From Actinomycetota bacterium (GTDB lineage: Bacteria; Actinomycetota; UBA4738; JBJMLN01): a DNA stretch of 64,000 nucleotides. Below are positions 63,752 to 64,000 of the stretch, one piece after another; position 1 is the stretch's first letter, and every line of letters starts with the position of its first letter. The stretch is taken from positions 5,656 through 69,655 of the forward strand of contig JBJMLN010000135.1 of assembly GCA_045805285.1 (NCBI GenBank), given 5' to 3'. The notes beneath the pieces are model-generated. The model was not told where the DNA came from. It was given only the letters and a program-made list of their open reading frames with translations, and made no database searches. A program made the translations under genes and the position numbers.

Positions 63752-63810
63752 CGGCAAGACGGGGGCCTTTGGAGCCTCAGATGGAGGTTCGATCCCTCCC
63801 CCCGGAGCCA
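63737..63810 (+). tRNA. tRNA-Gln, anticodon TTG, with encoded CCA.
   Basis: Manual fold: acceptor TCCGGGG/CCCCGGA. Anticodon stem GGGGC/GCCTC with loop CTTTGGA. T arm GGAGG-TTCGATC-CCTCC. Discriminator G followed by CCA. Confidence 0.85.
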
Positions 63811-63847
63811 GCGGCTCCTCGCGCCGGCGTCGGGGACGGTGCTCGTC

Positions 63848-64000
63848 TCACCTGACGACGCGGTACCTCAGGTGCGTGACGCCCGGTGCTTCGACGACTC
63901 GCTCCTGTTCCAGCGTGACTCCTGCCAACGCGGCGTCATCGAAGACTCGAAGCCCATCGCCGAGGAACATCGGAACCAGATGGAGATCGATCTGGTCGAG
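63848..64000 (-). CDS. Dihydrofolate-reductase-like / RibD C-terminal-domain family protein. C-terminal fragment; the gene continues beyond the window.
   Basis: Reverse translation gives LDQIDLHLVPMFLGDGLRVFDD...THLRYRV, the typical YwjB / RibD_C C-terminus. Confidence 0.5.
   Translation of the reverse strand, partial: LDQIDLHLVPMFLGDGLRVFDDAALAGVTLEQERVVEAPGVTHLRYRVVR

Overview
This is a high-GC (~70%) actinobacterial-type chromosomal segment, densely packed with housekeeping and metabolic genes and carrying no mobile-element hallmarks. The rpfB-like gene with a C-terminal RlpA/3D barrel (a Bacillus YabE-type domain layout) suggests a non-mycobacterial actinobacterium.

Recognisable content, in order along the window:
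- An fmdB-like zinc-ribbon gene directly followed by the methylthioadenosine phosphorylase gene on the minus strand, facing galU on the plus strand.
- moeA-moaC, a translin-like gene, tRNA-Ala(CGC), and a sulfite-oxidase-like molybdoenzyme.
- A secreted RTX-type calcium-binding repeat protein and two F420-family enzymes.
- An Lsr2-like small basic protein, divergent from a decarboxylase/CrtI-like oxidase pair.
- A PotABCD-type ABC operon fused to an aminotransferase and a dehydrogenase.
- A split carbon-monoxide/xanthine-dehydrogenase accessory cluster (xdhC-coxG-mocA and coxS-coxM) with no large subunit, interrupted by fdhA and glcG.
- A sugar ABC transporter with two GH4 glycosidases and a SIS protein.
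- A CocE/NonD hydrolase broken by a frameshift at a G8 homopolymer.
- The conserved actinobacterial block pmt / rsmI / metalloprotease / metG / tatD / rpfB-like / rsmA / ispE / tRNA-Gln.

The items most worth a second look are:
- a 40-aa lysine-rich ORF with a perfect RBS and terminator that the ORF track missed;
- a CRP/GlxR-type palindrome just upstream of that ORF;
- three small proteins whose tails are encoded by short tandem repeats (15-bp units in two, an imperfect Pro-rich repeat in the third);
- a ~17-bp motif family confined to convergent intergenic regions;
- the MTAP gene, which lacks a canonical start codon.

I found no integrase, CRISPR array, IS element or recognisable defence system. 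Positions counted by eye may be off by 1-2 nt; gene ends taken from the ORF track are exact.
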